Source of the DNA: Podarcis tiliguerta
Lineage: Eukaryota
Strand: one strand, 5' to 3'
Assembly: GCA_965153285.1 (NCBI GenBank)
Contig: OZ229119.1
Length of the DNA: 64,000 nt
Numbering within the stretch: the first letter of the stretch is position 1; each line of letters starts with the position of its first letter. The translations under genes and the position numbers were made by a program. The notes beneath the pieces were generated by a model. It did no database searches. It was not told the origin of the DNA and saw only the letters and a program-made list of their open reading frames with translations. Shown here piece after piece: positions 1 to 11,800 of the stretch.

Positions 1-1224
1 GAGCAGTGGGAATGGATTATCAGTTTTTAGATTTGAGTCTTGTGCAGTGGGAACTCTTGGTTCCCTCTTTGACTTCTTATAAAGCTTTGATTCCATTATT
101 TTGACAGTCCCAGGAGCAAGTCGGGTGGAATTAATGTGCTACCTTCTACTGGTCTAATTGGTGTTTCCTAAGCTGTTTTTCATCAAGTTGTACCTCCACT
201 CCTTCCTTGTGTTGAAATAGGAAGGCCTTTTCAGTGGACTTGAATTGTACTTCAGGCTTTCCCAGATGCACTTCTTGTACAGTCTTGAGCAATGCAACGG
301 GCTCATTGGCTTCTATACATTGGAGACAGTGTCCTATCTCAGTGGTCATGGTGCTTGTTTCATAGCACATGTGGGGTTCTCAACACTCTTGCATTTAGGT
401 TGCTGCTTCCTGAATAACCATTTTGGACAAGTAAAAACAACTTTTTCACACCATTCCACTACAGATTTGCTATAGAATGGCCATCACAGCAGAAACTTGG
501 ATGCTTTGGATTTCCCTTCATTCTTAGAATTTGATCCTACCAGGTGCCATATTCTAAATAGAAACAATTCCTTGCATTTCTCTTTGCAGAGCTGTATAAA
601 GTTCTGTGTGGCATGAAACCCAAATGTGCAGGTTCTCCTGGAAGCTGCCATCTGAGTTGGAAGCACCAGGTGATTCCTTGCCGCTTCCTTTTGGCACTGT
701 TGTGCTTGGACAGTAAGCCAGCAGGTTCAGGTACATTCACGCAGATGGAAGTACCTGCCAGTAATGCAATGTCTCGTTCCAATAACGAGTCCCTGGGGCT
801 TCTTAGTTTCCATCTGCAGAGCAGAGCAGCTGTCTGTGCTGAGTGAGTGGGCAGAGTTGGCAGTAGCATTAACTTGATATAATAGGTGCTTGTTGACAAT
901 GTAGAGGAACCCATTAATCATGGACCTGTCATTGATACCAAAAGCTAGTTCATTCCCCAGTGGAAAATGGCAACGTTGCAGACCACCCACTGATCTGGAA
1001 AATAACACACAATTACATGATTAACCTAATAGGAGTGAAACTGCTAGCTGAGCCCTAAATCCCTTCCTCTTCATTATGTCCTGGTACTGAATTGTAGAAT
1101 TCATGTGCATGGCTTTTTAAACTCTTGCTTTCTCCTATTTTTCCATTGTAGCTATAGTTTTGATGGCCTTCAGGAGCTATCATGCAGTCAGGTTTAAATG
1201 ACAGCCATTGCTTTGCTCTTCTAG

Positions 1225-1406
1225 GGACCAGCAGTACAAACACTGTTGCGGGTACAGTGAACAGCCAGGCACCTCAGTCTCAGCCTCCTGCCTCTAGTCG
1301 AAAAGGGACCTTTACGGATGACCTGCACAAGCTAGTAGACAACTGGGCTCGCGATGCCATGAGCCTCTCTGGCAAGAAAGGAGGCAAGGGGCATGGCAAT
1401 TATGAG
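1225..1406 (+). CDS. WNK1: WNK1 penultimate coding exon
   Basis: ctag|GGACC acceptor, GAG|gtaagt donor; encodes the KGTFTDDLHKLVDNW motif. Confidence 0.96.
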
Positions 1407-1885
1407 GTAAGTACTTGCTTGGGGCTTTGTGTCTGGTCGTAGGCACTCAGCCGACTTACACGTCATTCATGGAAGAATCTGACACATTTCTGAGGGAGAA
1501 GCCTCTAAGGACTGTGTTAACATTGTCTGGCAATTCTGAAATAACCTCTTGGGTTGGGTTTTGTTTTTAGGGCCCAGGAATGGCAAGGAAGTTCTCTGCA
1601 CCAGGTCAGCTCTGCATCTCGATGACGTCCTCCCTCGGTGCTACACCCATCTCTGCTGCGTCAGCTACCTCCCTAGGTCACTTCACAAAGGCCATGTGCC
1701 CCCCTCAGCCATACGGTTTCCCAGCAGTGCCCTTTGTAGCTCCCTGGAGCGGGACAGGTGGTCCAGCACCGCAGCCTTTAGGCCAGTTCCAGCCTGTAGG
1801 TGCCACCTCATTGCAAAGCTTCAACATCAGCAACTTGCAGAAATCCATCAGCAACCCCCCTGGCTCTAATCTGCGGACCACTTAA
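1225..1885 (+). CDS. WNK1: WNK lysine-deficient protein kinase 1, 3' end (last two coding exons 1225-1406 and 1571-1885; gene begins upstream of the window)
   Basis: Spliced translation GTSSTNTVAGTVNSQ...SSRKGTFTDDLHKLVDNWARDAMSLSGKKGGKGHGNYE|GPGMARKFSAPGQLCISM...LQKSISNPPGSNLRTT* matches the vertebrate WNK1 C-terminus; canonical splice sites; adjacent to RAD52 as in mammals. Confidence 0.97.
1571..1885 (+). CDS. WNK1: WNK1 last coding exon
   Basis: ttttag|GGCCCA acceptor, phase 0, TAA at 1883-1885. Confidence 0.97.
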   Translation, partial: GPGMARKFSAPGQLCISMTSSLGATPISAASATSLGHFTKAMCPPQPYGFPAVPFVAPWSGTGGPAPQPLGQFQPVGATSLQSFNISNLQKSISNPPGSNLRTT

Positions 1886-4230
1886 TGAGACCCAGGCATG
1901 CTGCTGGGTAGACTTGAGGGGGGAGATCGGGCCCTGAATCAACCACTAGGCTGCAGTGAACTGGCTATTAGCGCCCAAAGGGGGGGGGTGTGAACTTCCT
2001 CCTCTAACCATTGCTCTCTGCTCTCCGTAAGAAAAGCCCTCCATTTTGAATATGGGGAGAAGAGTGATCAGGATCTTCCACGATGGGACATGCTTCCTCT
2101 CGTCTGTGGCAAGTGTATAAAGATGAAAGCTACCACACAAGCCAAGGGCTTCGTGCTGTAAAATTCATTTGGCTTAAGATGCTGAATCTACATGGGTTGA
2201 GACGGGAGAATTGTTGTTAGTTTTAGCATGAATCTTTAGTATGCCATTTGTCTTGCTCTGAGGAATTAAGCCGGGGGTGGGGGGAGCTGTCCATTATTTC
2301 CATGTCTCTTCCTTCCGTCAGACCATCACACCGAAGTTCCTGAGCTGATGGGGCACACAAGTGGACTTGCAGAACAGCCCGTGCTTTGACATAGGTCATT
2401 ACTGCTTTAAGTAAAAGATATTAACAGCTTTGACTGCAGCATTAGAGCAATTTAAATTGTTTAGAAGACAAATTTTTTAAAAAGTTCCCTGCGGACATGT
2501 ACTTACCATCAGTTTTGATGTGGAAACACTGTGATATATAAATGTTGTTGGACAACAGTAGTTTAAAAAAAAATGAGTGGCATATAGAGGGTTAAACAGT
2601 TAAAAAGGAAAAAAAATGGGGGAAAAGCTAGCTATATCCTGATACTTATTGGAGACACTTTAACTTTTTTTCCTTTGTATTTTCATTGTATTAGATAAAT
2701 GTGAATGTATAATTGTATAAATTAATGTACTTGAATACTTGTCTGTTCTCCCAGTATGCTTGCTGGATATTTTAGTGCCTTGGACTTTTATTGCTTCTAC
2801 AGTTAGCATCACCTTCCCAGCAGACTTTCGCCAGGCAGAGGGAGGTTATTTGGATATAGTCACTGGAATACCAAAGGCATAACACATTGGATGCTTATAC
2901 TGTAATAGTGTCGAGAGTAGGTGTTGGAGGGGGAGCTATTGCAGCTTTTGTGTCGGAAGAGTAAAGCTATGGAGTGGTGGGGGAAACTGATGTGGCTGAT
3001 GCAGCAGCAGTGAGGGATTTATGCGGAGGTGCTGAAGAGAATGAACACAGTGACCAGAGTAGAAGCTGGGTGGTTGAGAATAAGGGAAGTGGGGGGAAAG
3101 AGGGACATCTTTGAAGAGGTAAGCACCTACGGGTGGGTTGACTTTTAAGCTATAAAGGTTTTTTAGTAAGGGTAATGTATGTCAAGGGATTGGAGCGATC
3201 ACTCTGGAGAGGGAGGGTGTGTGCTGGGATTTGCTCCCCCCCTGCCCTGCCTGTCAATCCAATCCTGAAAGGCCAGGAACACATCTTCCTGGTGCAGCAT
3301 CCATTGCTAAGGATGGATACACTTGAAACAGCCAGCATCAAAAACAACTTTTTCTTTCTATCTCTAAAGGACTTAAAACTGGTACCAGGACTGTAACTAA
3401 CTGTGTTGCCTTTTAGTAGGTGTGCTATATCTCCTACTCGCCTTCCTCTTTCTAACTTAAAATACTGGTTTCCCCGATCAAATGAAATAACTGCAACCAA
3501 CTAGTATTACTTTGCATTGCAGCAGCAGGCTGTGAAGTCAAAGTACTTCTGCTTTGGACTTGGAAGCAGCTTTACTGCTTGGTCTGGAAGTCTGTTTTCT
3601 CTTTCCCCACCCCCGGAAGTCCTCTAAAGTTAGCAAGGACATTTGTTCTTTCTGTATTTCTTTCACTCTTCCCTCAAACATATGCACAAGTCTGTCTTTC
3701 TTTTCTTCCCTTCGCCTCAAGTTGAAGTTTACAGTGGTTTTGTCAGGCAGAGGTAGGATTTGGACCCGGTGGCTGAAAACAAAAGACGCAAGTGTAGGTG
3801 GCTGGGATTGAACAACTTTTCAGACTTAAAAAAAAAAAAAGTCCTCACAGGTGTGATGGGAAATTCAAGGTGAGGTTGATGTGCAGAAAGGAGGAAGGAG
3901 CAATGGATGAAAAGATGCCACCAAATGTTAGAAGATCTAGTCAGCTGAGTGTTGCACAAGGATAGTATTTTGGTTTAATATGTTTGAGGTCGAGTTTTCA
4001 CTTAGTTATGCAAGTACTGGTTTTATTTACCATTGATTTCCCTCCTGTGGATGAAATAACTGAGGTCTAGAGGAATTAACTAATGCTACTGAACTGTTAA
4101 ATTATTTTGTGTTATTACACTTTGAATACCTTTTTCCACAAGATCTGTTTCTGAATTACAGATGTTTTCTTTACATTATTTAACAATGTACACTGTAAAA
4201 AAATAAAATAAAATGAATTCAAACCTTGGG
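1886..4230 (+). other. WNK1: WNK1 3' UTR (approximate end)
   Basis: Follows the stop codon; AU-rich blocks at 2390-2800 and 4000-4220; tandem AATAAA at 4202-4212. Confidence 0.7.
4202..4212 (+). terminator. WNK1 polyadenylation signal (overlapping AATAAA x2); alternative AATAAA at 4351-4356
   Basis: AATAAAATAAA preceded by UGUA elements; the second signal is followed by a GU-rich tract. Confidence 0.65.
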
Positions 4231-5742
4231 CTTCCCTGGCCGTAGTTAATGGTATGTTTTGCACTAAATCCAGGCATTGCGCTTCCTGTATGATTGCGCT
4301 TTGTGCTGCAGTTTGTTACCTTCTTTGTAGATATTTAATGAAATCATTCAAATAAACCAAACCTGCTTTTGTTGAGCTGTGGTTTTTCATTTTCGAATGG
4401 CCTTGGTTCCTCCAGTGCCCGAAGCTTAACAATTGTTAGTGAGCTCTTGTTACTCCCACTAGCATTATTGTTAACAATCATTTGAGTTTGAAGGAGTGCA
4501 GGTGCCTTCAAACAAATATTTAAATAATACTTGAAAATTTATTATTTGGTTTCTGAGACTTCTACTTTTTGAAAAGATCTTTCCACAGATAACACTTCCA
4601 TAATAGAAATCTAAAATGGGCAATTTGGTAGTAATCAATTTACACTGTGAGGTCGTGCCAGTAAACCACCTAAGATTGTTGATGTTGACACATTAAGTGT
4701 TTTGTTGGCCTTGCCTCATTAAATTTAAATAATTTCCTTTTACCAAAACACACTGCAGAAAAAATGATAGTCCTAATTACCCAGAGAAGTCCTCCAGCCA
4801 CATATATAACTTATAAACTGTATATGCCAAAATACAGCATCTTTCCTCTACTATTGACTGGTTCTAAGGAGGAAGATTCAACCCAGGCAGCAACCATTTT
4901 GCACAGTGATTCCAGTTGTGGCCCACACAAGCGCCAGCAGAACATTCATAGGCCGCCCCATTCCGGGTCCAAAATGACCCAGGCGCTAGCAGTCACACAT
5001 CAATTGGATGCATGCAAAATGGCCGTCGCTTGTGTATCAATTCCGAACCTCTTTAGTAAGCTTCGTGTCCAACTATTAGCCTCCAACATTTTTCTTTATT
5101 TGAAAGAGAACAAGGGAAAAATGATAAAAGTGTATGTGTGGCTGGCTCCAGTCTTCATACAGTGGGACATCAAATCTCACAGCTTTTCTGAATGAAAAGC
5201 TTTAATTTAACCACTTTAATAAGCAGGATTCACATTGCATAATTAACACACTGGCATCCTAGCCTTAAAAAACTTTTCATTCCACAAAAGTAAATTGTTA
5301 TTACTGTTACGCGAAACTTGTATCAAGAGTACATTTTTAAAATGCTTTTACATTCCTTTAGCTTTAGTTCTATTTTTTTCCTGAGGGCAGGGCAAATAGT
5401 ACAAAAATAGTTTGCCTTTCTTTACAAGATGCACCCTTATTAAAATGGATTTCTTCCTATTACAATAAAGGGAGTTAAGAATAAAGCAATGTTTTGTTTT
5501 TGGATATGGAATTACATTTGTTAACGGGATAAAATACTGGTATTCTTTTCTGGAGATACAGTTGATGGAAAGCAATGTTTAAAACTTTCAAATTCTGAAA
5601 AATCATGAGAACAACCTTTTTCCTGTTTAGTGCCTGATATAGTGAGGTCTGAAGAATATTCTCCATTCTGAAACTTCCGAGTGCAAATTGCATTCTGAAA
5701 CCTGAACAGATAAAGCACCACAGTCAAGTCATTCATCTTCTG

Positions 5743-5804
5743 CTATGCAGGCTCCAGCCTTCTCTTCTTCATCCCTTGGCTCCTCCTGTATGGGCTGCAC
5801 TCAG
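5743..5804 (-). CDS. RAD52: RAD52 last coding exon ([20 protein letters not shown])
   Basis: tttcag acceptor, TAG stop, basic NLS like human SQDMKKRKYDPS. Confidence 0.93.
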
Positions 5805-8800
5805 CTGAAACAGGAAACAATTGTATGTAGGAGAACTTTCTTTACAAGTCTCTTACACAACTGAGATATTACCTATTTTTGTTCTCTCTCTCTCTTCAAG
5901 AGACCATTTCTCCGAACAGTTTGCAAAGCCTGAACTTAGAACCGCATCTTAAAACACCTTTACTTCAACGCAAGTTGCAGGAACCTTGGAGGAGGCTTTG
6001 AGACCGAAAGCACCAAAAAAGTAGCAAGAAATCTTTCACCGCTCGTTGCTGGGCACCACAAGATTCAGAGGTAGCATAGATGATTTGCAATTTGAGTGTG
6101 CTAAGCTAAAATAGATATACATGCTTGTCTACAAACCACCACCCTATATTACCCAGTCTCTACTGATGTCTACATTTGCTTCTCCACCTCTTAAACTTAC
6201 CTGATATGTGAGGTCGAGGGCTAGTAGAGGGATGCTGCAGTGCAGGTTTTGCACAGGGCCTCTGGTTATTTGTTTTTTGTGGCGTTCTGCGTGTCATCAT
6301 GTCATACTGCCCACAAGGTGTGCCTGGGTGTTGGGCTGGCCCAGCTGCCGTGCTGTGATTGGTAACACTAAGGTCCGTGGCCTCCAAAGGTAAGTCCCAA
6401 AGCTCAGGGTCATCTGGAAGAAATGGAACATTAACAGTGAAGGGTCAGCTGCTGACCATTCCGTTCCACGTCTTGACTGCCACTGGATTAAAACTGTAAC
6501 GGGGTGGAACTAGACATGGTGTCAGCAAACCACGAAATCCCAAGCTTGGGTTTTGCAATGACACAGGAACACACCGGTGTGTGTGTGTATGTGTGTGCTT
6601 GTTTCTCCTGTGCCCAGTGATTTTGCCTTACAAAGGGCCTCCATCCGTTTCTCCTCTCAGATGGAGGAAGGAGAATCTAGAAAAAGGATGCCCATTTCTT
6701 CGTGTGTCCTGCACTAACTGTTGCCTGAAATGCTACAAGAATGTGAACCAGCCACAGGCATTAAGTTACAGCAAGACTTACTAAAACACACACTGTGTGG
6801 GGCTGTTTTTGGAAGCTGTAGTTCTCATAGAATGTGGCTACCAGTTGCTCATGGGAGCCAACGGTTCAGAGCATGTAACACTGACTATATCAGCTGGCCT
6901 GGTTCCTACTGCATTTGGAGAGCTAAAGTGGTTATTATGTTTAAAGCTGTAAACGACTTGGGACCAGATAGTAAGATAAACTGCAGAGGCTCTTCCTGCA
7001 GATCTGCTGGTAAGGACTTCAAGTCTGGTGGGCACAAGAGATGGGGTTTTTCCAGTGGCAGACCAGTCACCATGGATCTCCTCCCCAGAGGTGGTGCATT
7101 TTGTTTTCTGCTTTTGAATAGGTTTTAAAGACTTGGCTGTTGTAATTGAACAATCATAGAATCACAGAGTTGGAAGGGACCACAAGGGTCATCTAGTCCA
7201 ACCCCTGACTGCAGGAATCTTTTGCCCAACATGGGACTCGAACCCACGACCCTGAGATTCTTATTTGTGACCCATATTAATAGCATGTTTCCCTGAAAAG
7301 ATGGTATAAAATACCTAAAAGTACCAACAACCCTCACCCACCTGCAAGGAACTCCTCTTCCACAGCTGGTTCCAGCTGTGCTGAAGTGCTGTGCTTAATA
7401 GCAGGAAGAGCACATGCTTCTGGACAAGATAAAAGAGAAGCTTAATGTTACTGAGATTAGTGGAAGAGTACATATTTCTCTGGATTTAGACTATTTGCAT
7501 AGAAATGATGCATAAGCTGTCTTCCTAGGCTGATAGGGGGTGGGGAAGAGACAGGATAGTGGTGGTTTGGGCTTTATTGATAATGGAACAAATAATATTC
7601 TTCACAAGAGCTGTCCCACATCACTGGGACAAAAAAGGACTTGCCTAAATGACCCAGCATGAATAAGCTATTAATTTCCATTTTGTCCAAGGAATGCCAA
7701 CATATCTGAATTTAGCTCAGTATGAAGAAAGATGGTTATTCCAGCTATTAATAACAACAGATAGGTGTTATTATTAATATGCTCTAACCTAGCCTGGACC
7801 CAGACTGATATACCAGCTGCTCTCCCCATCTCCATCACAAATCTGACTGCTGCACTCTTCTGCCATCTTAGTTGGGACTTACAGATGAATTGGGCTTACG
7901 AACACCAACATTAAAACAAGTCCCTAATCTGACAATCACCTTATTAATGGGTTTTATTAATATTGCTACTTACTTTTATAGGTTGGGTCAAGGCACTATT
8001 TTTCAAAAATATATTAGGCCTGCCTGCTGACTATATAATTTTTTGTTGATTTGAGTTAACTGATGGATTAAATAATTATATCTACATTTTAGGAAACCTT
8101 CAATAATAGGTGCCATTTTCACAATGCTAAATGAAGTGAGACGTAACTACTTAACAAACAAAAGTTGACACCAGCATTGGAAGGAAATATCTTCTTTAGC
8201 ACATTCAGTGACATGGGACAGAAAAGTTTCTGCTGCCATTTATTTTGCCAGGAAAATTCAATCTCTAAAAATGCAGCACTGCATAAAAATTAATGAATGG
8301 ATAAAATAGCCAGTCAAATGAGATAGTTTCAAAAATGTAACCCACCTCTCCTCAGTTGCTAGTCAAAGCAGCAACAGCAGATTAAAGTTTGGGTTAAGCC
8401 CTCATTTTGACCTCTTTAAAGAGAGTCATATCAAGGACAAACACACTTGTTTAACATCTCACTTTCAACTCTTACATTAACACGGCAGGAAAGAATTAGC
8501 CCTGTTTCTTAGGCACTTCATCTGCCCATTCTGAGCTTCTTTGCAGTGCAGCGGATGCAGATTCTAACTAGCATTTTACCCTGATCTCTAGGTTCACAAG
8601 CTGGAGTAGTTGACTGGATTTGCTGTTTCTTCTGCATCTGCTGTCTGAACTGCTGCTGAAGTTGTTTCTGCCGCAACTTCCGGTGGTATGTTGCATCACA
8701 CAGCGAGACCTTACTACAAGAGAATACAGGAAGAAGAGGGAATGTTACCACTAAATTCCCCATTTCATAACCATACTTGCTCAGAGTAGACAATATAACC

Positions 8801-11800
8801 AGGGTGGGGGGGGGGTGACACTTTAGCATATATGGCAATAGCCCAGGGCTGTGTAACTATATTCACATGTAATTTGCATAATTTATTCAACTACAGACAT
8901 TCTCTTGCCTCAGATTTCCTATTCTGTCTACTTGCAAGCATTCAGTGGTCCATAAAGAAATCCATAAAGGAAGACTTTATCCTACAAGACTTGGCCTAAG
9001 GTTATACTAGGAGGTACTTCTCACAAACCAGTCTTTCTCCTGCCATCTCAGTGAATGAACACTAGTTTATAGTCTGCCCTGACTTTTAAAAAATTGTTCA
9101 GGGAAGAATTGAGATTAAACCTGTGGTCTGCAGGTTGTACTCAAAGGAACCCTGAGCCAATCTTGCAGGTGTGTATCTGAAGGAAAGTTTATTACTTCCA
9201 TTGCTCTCGGGAACACATACCGGCATGTACTAAGCAAAGTTCTTGTACTCATAGCAGGCCTCATTCATTGGGGAGTCCTCCTGGCCCACCATGGCAAAAT
9301 CCTACTAAAGAGTTTCATTGCAGGTCAAAGTAGAAAGAACTGGTGGCTGTCTCCCATCCAAGGTCCTTGATGTGTCAAGGACCACCTTCATTTAGACTGC
9401 AGATTGCAACATCTGGAAGGAATCTTCAACTCAGTACAAGCCCAAGGTCTTTATTCCTGAGCAAGGATACAGAAGCTGCCTTGGCTCCCGAGCACAAGAT
9501 AATTGCACAGACCTGGTACCCTGATGCATTTCTTCAAAGAATATGCTACTTCATGGGCTATTTAAGTCTCCAGTGTGCTGCACAGAGAAGTCACCTGTTC
9601 ATCCCTGCACAGAATTTAAGTTTTTTTGCATCTGTAGATGCAGCCTTTAGTCAAAGGTTGCTTCAATGTACGCTACTAGCCAGAATTCTGATCTCCCTCC
9701 CTCCCTGGGCATTTGGAGCACTGCTTTGTTAAGCTCCTGGGTTAGAGACCACTGGATGGTGACAAGTTGGAAGAACAGAAAAAAATTGCACACCTCCATT
9801 GAAGATTATTTTCCTTACTTGCCAGGTTTCTTCAGGTCTGGATTCTGGCATGGAAATTAGGCCATGGGTTAGGTGCCAATGTGCTTCTCTTATTCTCACT
9901 GTGTTGTCAGGGTCTGGTTTGAGGAAGGAAGTGGGAAGCATTTCCTAGCCCAACCAAATGTGTTCTTCTAGGGAAAAGAGCCTGCCTCCCGGTGGACAGG
10001 GAGGAAAGAATCTCAGTATTATGGACTACTGTCTGGCAAAAAACTAGAATTCAGGAAGGTAAGCAAAATTCTCCATTTTTTTGCTCTAGAATATACAAAG
10101 CATTAGCAATTAAGACTACAGTATGTTCACAATTTAAGCAGAGGTTATGTTCCAAGGAGTCAAAACATACTGGGTTAAATGGTGGGTGGGATTACCAAAG
10201 TCTTTTTTGCCCCAACCAGCCAGCCACTCTTTTTTTCATTGCTTTTATTTATTTTTGCCAAGCGAGTAAAGCTGAATAGGCACAAGTTAAACGTGCGTAA
10301 GTTGTGGGCTTACTGTATAAGCTTACGTATCTAGTGTATTAGATCTCCAACCTGCTTTGCTGATCTTGTTCAGAAGTACTCAAAGAAGACTCTAACTGCT
10401 CAGTTTTGACAGGAGTCGCTGTAGAAAACTGCTGGTGGTCTTCGCTTGTCTTCTTCAAGCAGCTATTGTATCTTGCCTTTTCTATAGCAGGCTCAAAATC
10501 CTGTCTTTTAGCATTGCTCAAATCAAAATCTGGGGGCATCTGGTAATAGGAATAAAACAAACAGCCTTTCAGTAGCTACAAAACTTCAGATTGTAATGGA
10601 AACATTTCACAGACTCATCTGTCACGTTGCCCAGGAGACAAATTGCTTTCCTGGAAGACTTTGCCTGTTCACAACCAAGTTTCGACCTGGTGCTGTGAAC
10701 TCAACCAATGTGGTTATTTCTCTAATTTAGTGGAGATTTGTCATGTTTAGTAACCAACACCAACTCTGTCAACATATACTTTGTGGATCAGCTTTGTTTC
10801 CTTGCAATTCTCTGTGATGTTGATTTCCCTCCCCTCTTAAAGCAACCTAGGTGTTATTTTAAAACAGACGTAGAAAGAACAAATGAAGAAAACTGCAGAT
10901 CAACAGCCTGGGAGTGCTGTAGAAATCAGTAAACACGACAATTTCAGCCTATCTGCAGCTTTCAATCCAGCACAGCCAAGAGCATACTCTGCCTTCTTTG
11001 ATGGAATGCCAATTTAGGTGACACAGACTATGGGCTGCAGTCAGCAAGGAATACTGTAGATGTGTGAAGGGTGGGTTGACCAGAATGCAGCAGCTTAAAT
11101 GATGATTCACTGGGGTGGGGTGGTTGTAGAAGAGCCCAGTTAGTAATGATGACTGGAGATGAAGCTGTTTCGAGGCAAGAGAAGATAAGGACCTTTTTCT
11201 GAAAAAAGGATATAACACCTAAGATAGGTTTAATTGAATGGTTTAGAGAGCAATCCAAACCAGTAAGGCTTTATAGACTGGTAGGGCTACTACTGCATCT
11301 GCAAACATCTTGGGCACATGCAACCAATCCAAGCCCCCTCTATCCCCAGCCCAAATGGGGCTCGGATTCATTCGTTGGCCATTAGTCCTTGTGAAAACAG
11401 GCTTAAGGGCATCTATCCTAAGAAAAATGCATTTTGGCATTTTGCTATTAAAAATTACGAATCCCCGGGAATCTGCTCAGAAAATAATGTAACTGCTCCA
11501 AGACAAGCTGGTTACTTTAGAAAGAGATCACTGTGAGGGGAGAAATGGTGCAATAAGAATTACAAGATGGGGGCTGGACTGTCCTATATAAAAAAAGAAC
11601 AACATAGTAAACTCTGATTTTCAGTGTTCATTGGAAGGTACTATAATTTTCTGCTTGCTCCTGAACAGCTCTGACTGGAAAGTGAAAACACACACATGAA
11701 AAATTATTGAGTGTTTTGAAACAGAAAAAGTGTAAGCAAAGATACACACAGTAGAGATATGGTGCGTCAGAAAATAATCAGAAGAATTTTCAACTGGAAT

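Noticed and set aside
1-1224. WNK1 neuronal alternative exons 26a/26b
   Set aside because: No sequence matching my recollection of these exons and no convincing in-phase AG...GT pair; they probably lie upstream of the window
4764-5195. 143-aa ORF between WNK1 and RAD52
   Set aside because: No recognisable similarity or promoter; lies in the 3' UTR / termination zone
9729-9941. Extra in-frame RAD52 coding exon
   Set aside because: Phase is incompatible with the flanking phase-2 junction; exons 10352 and 8713 join directly in frame
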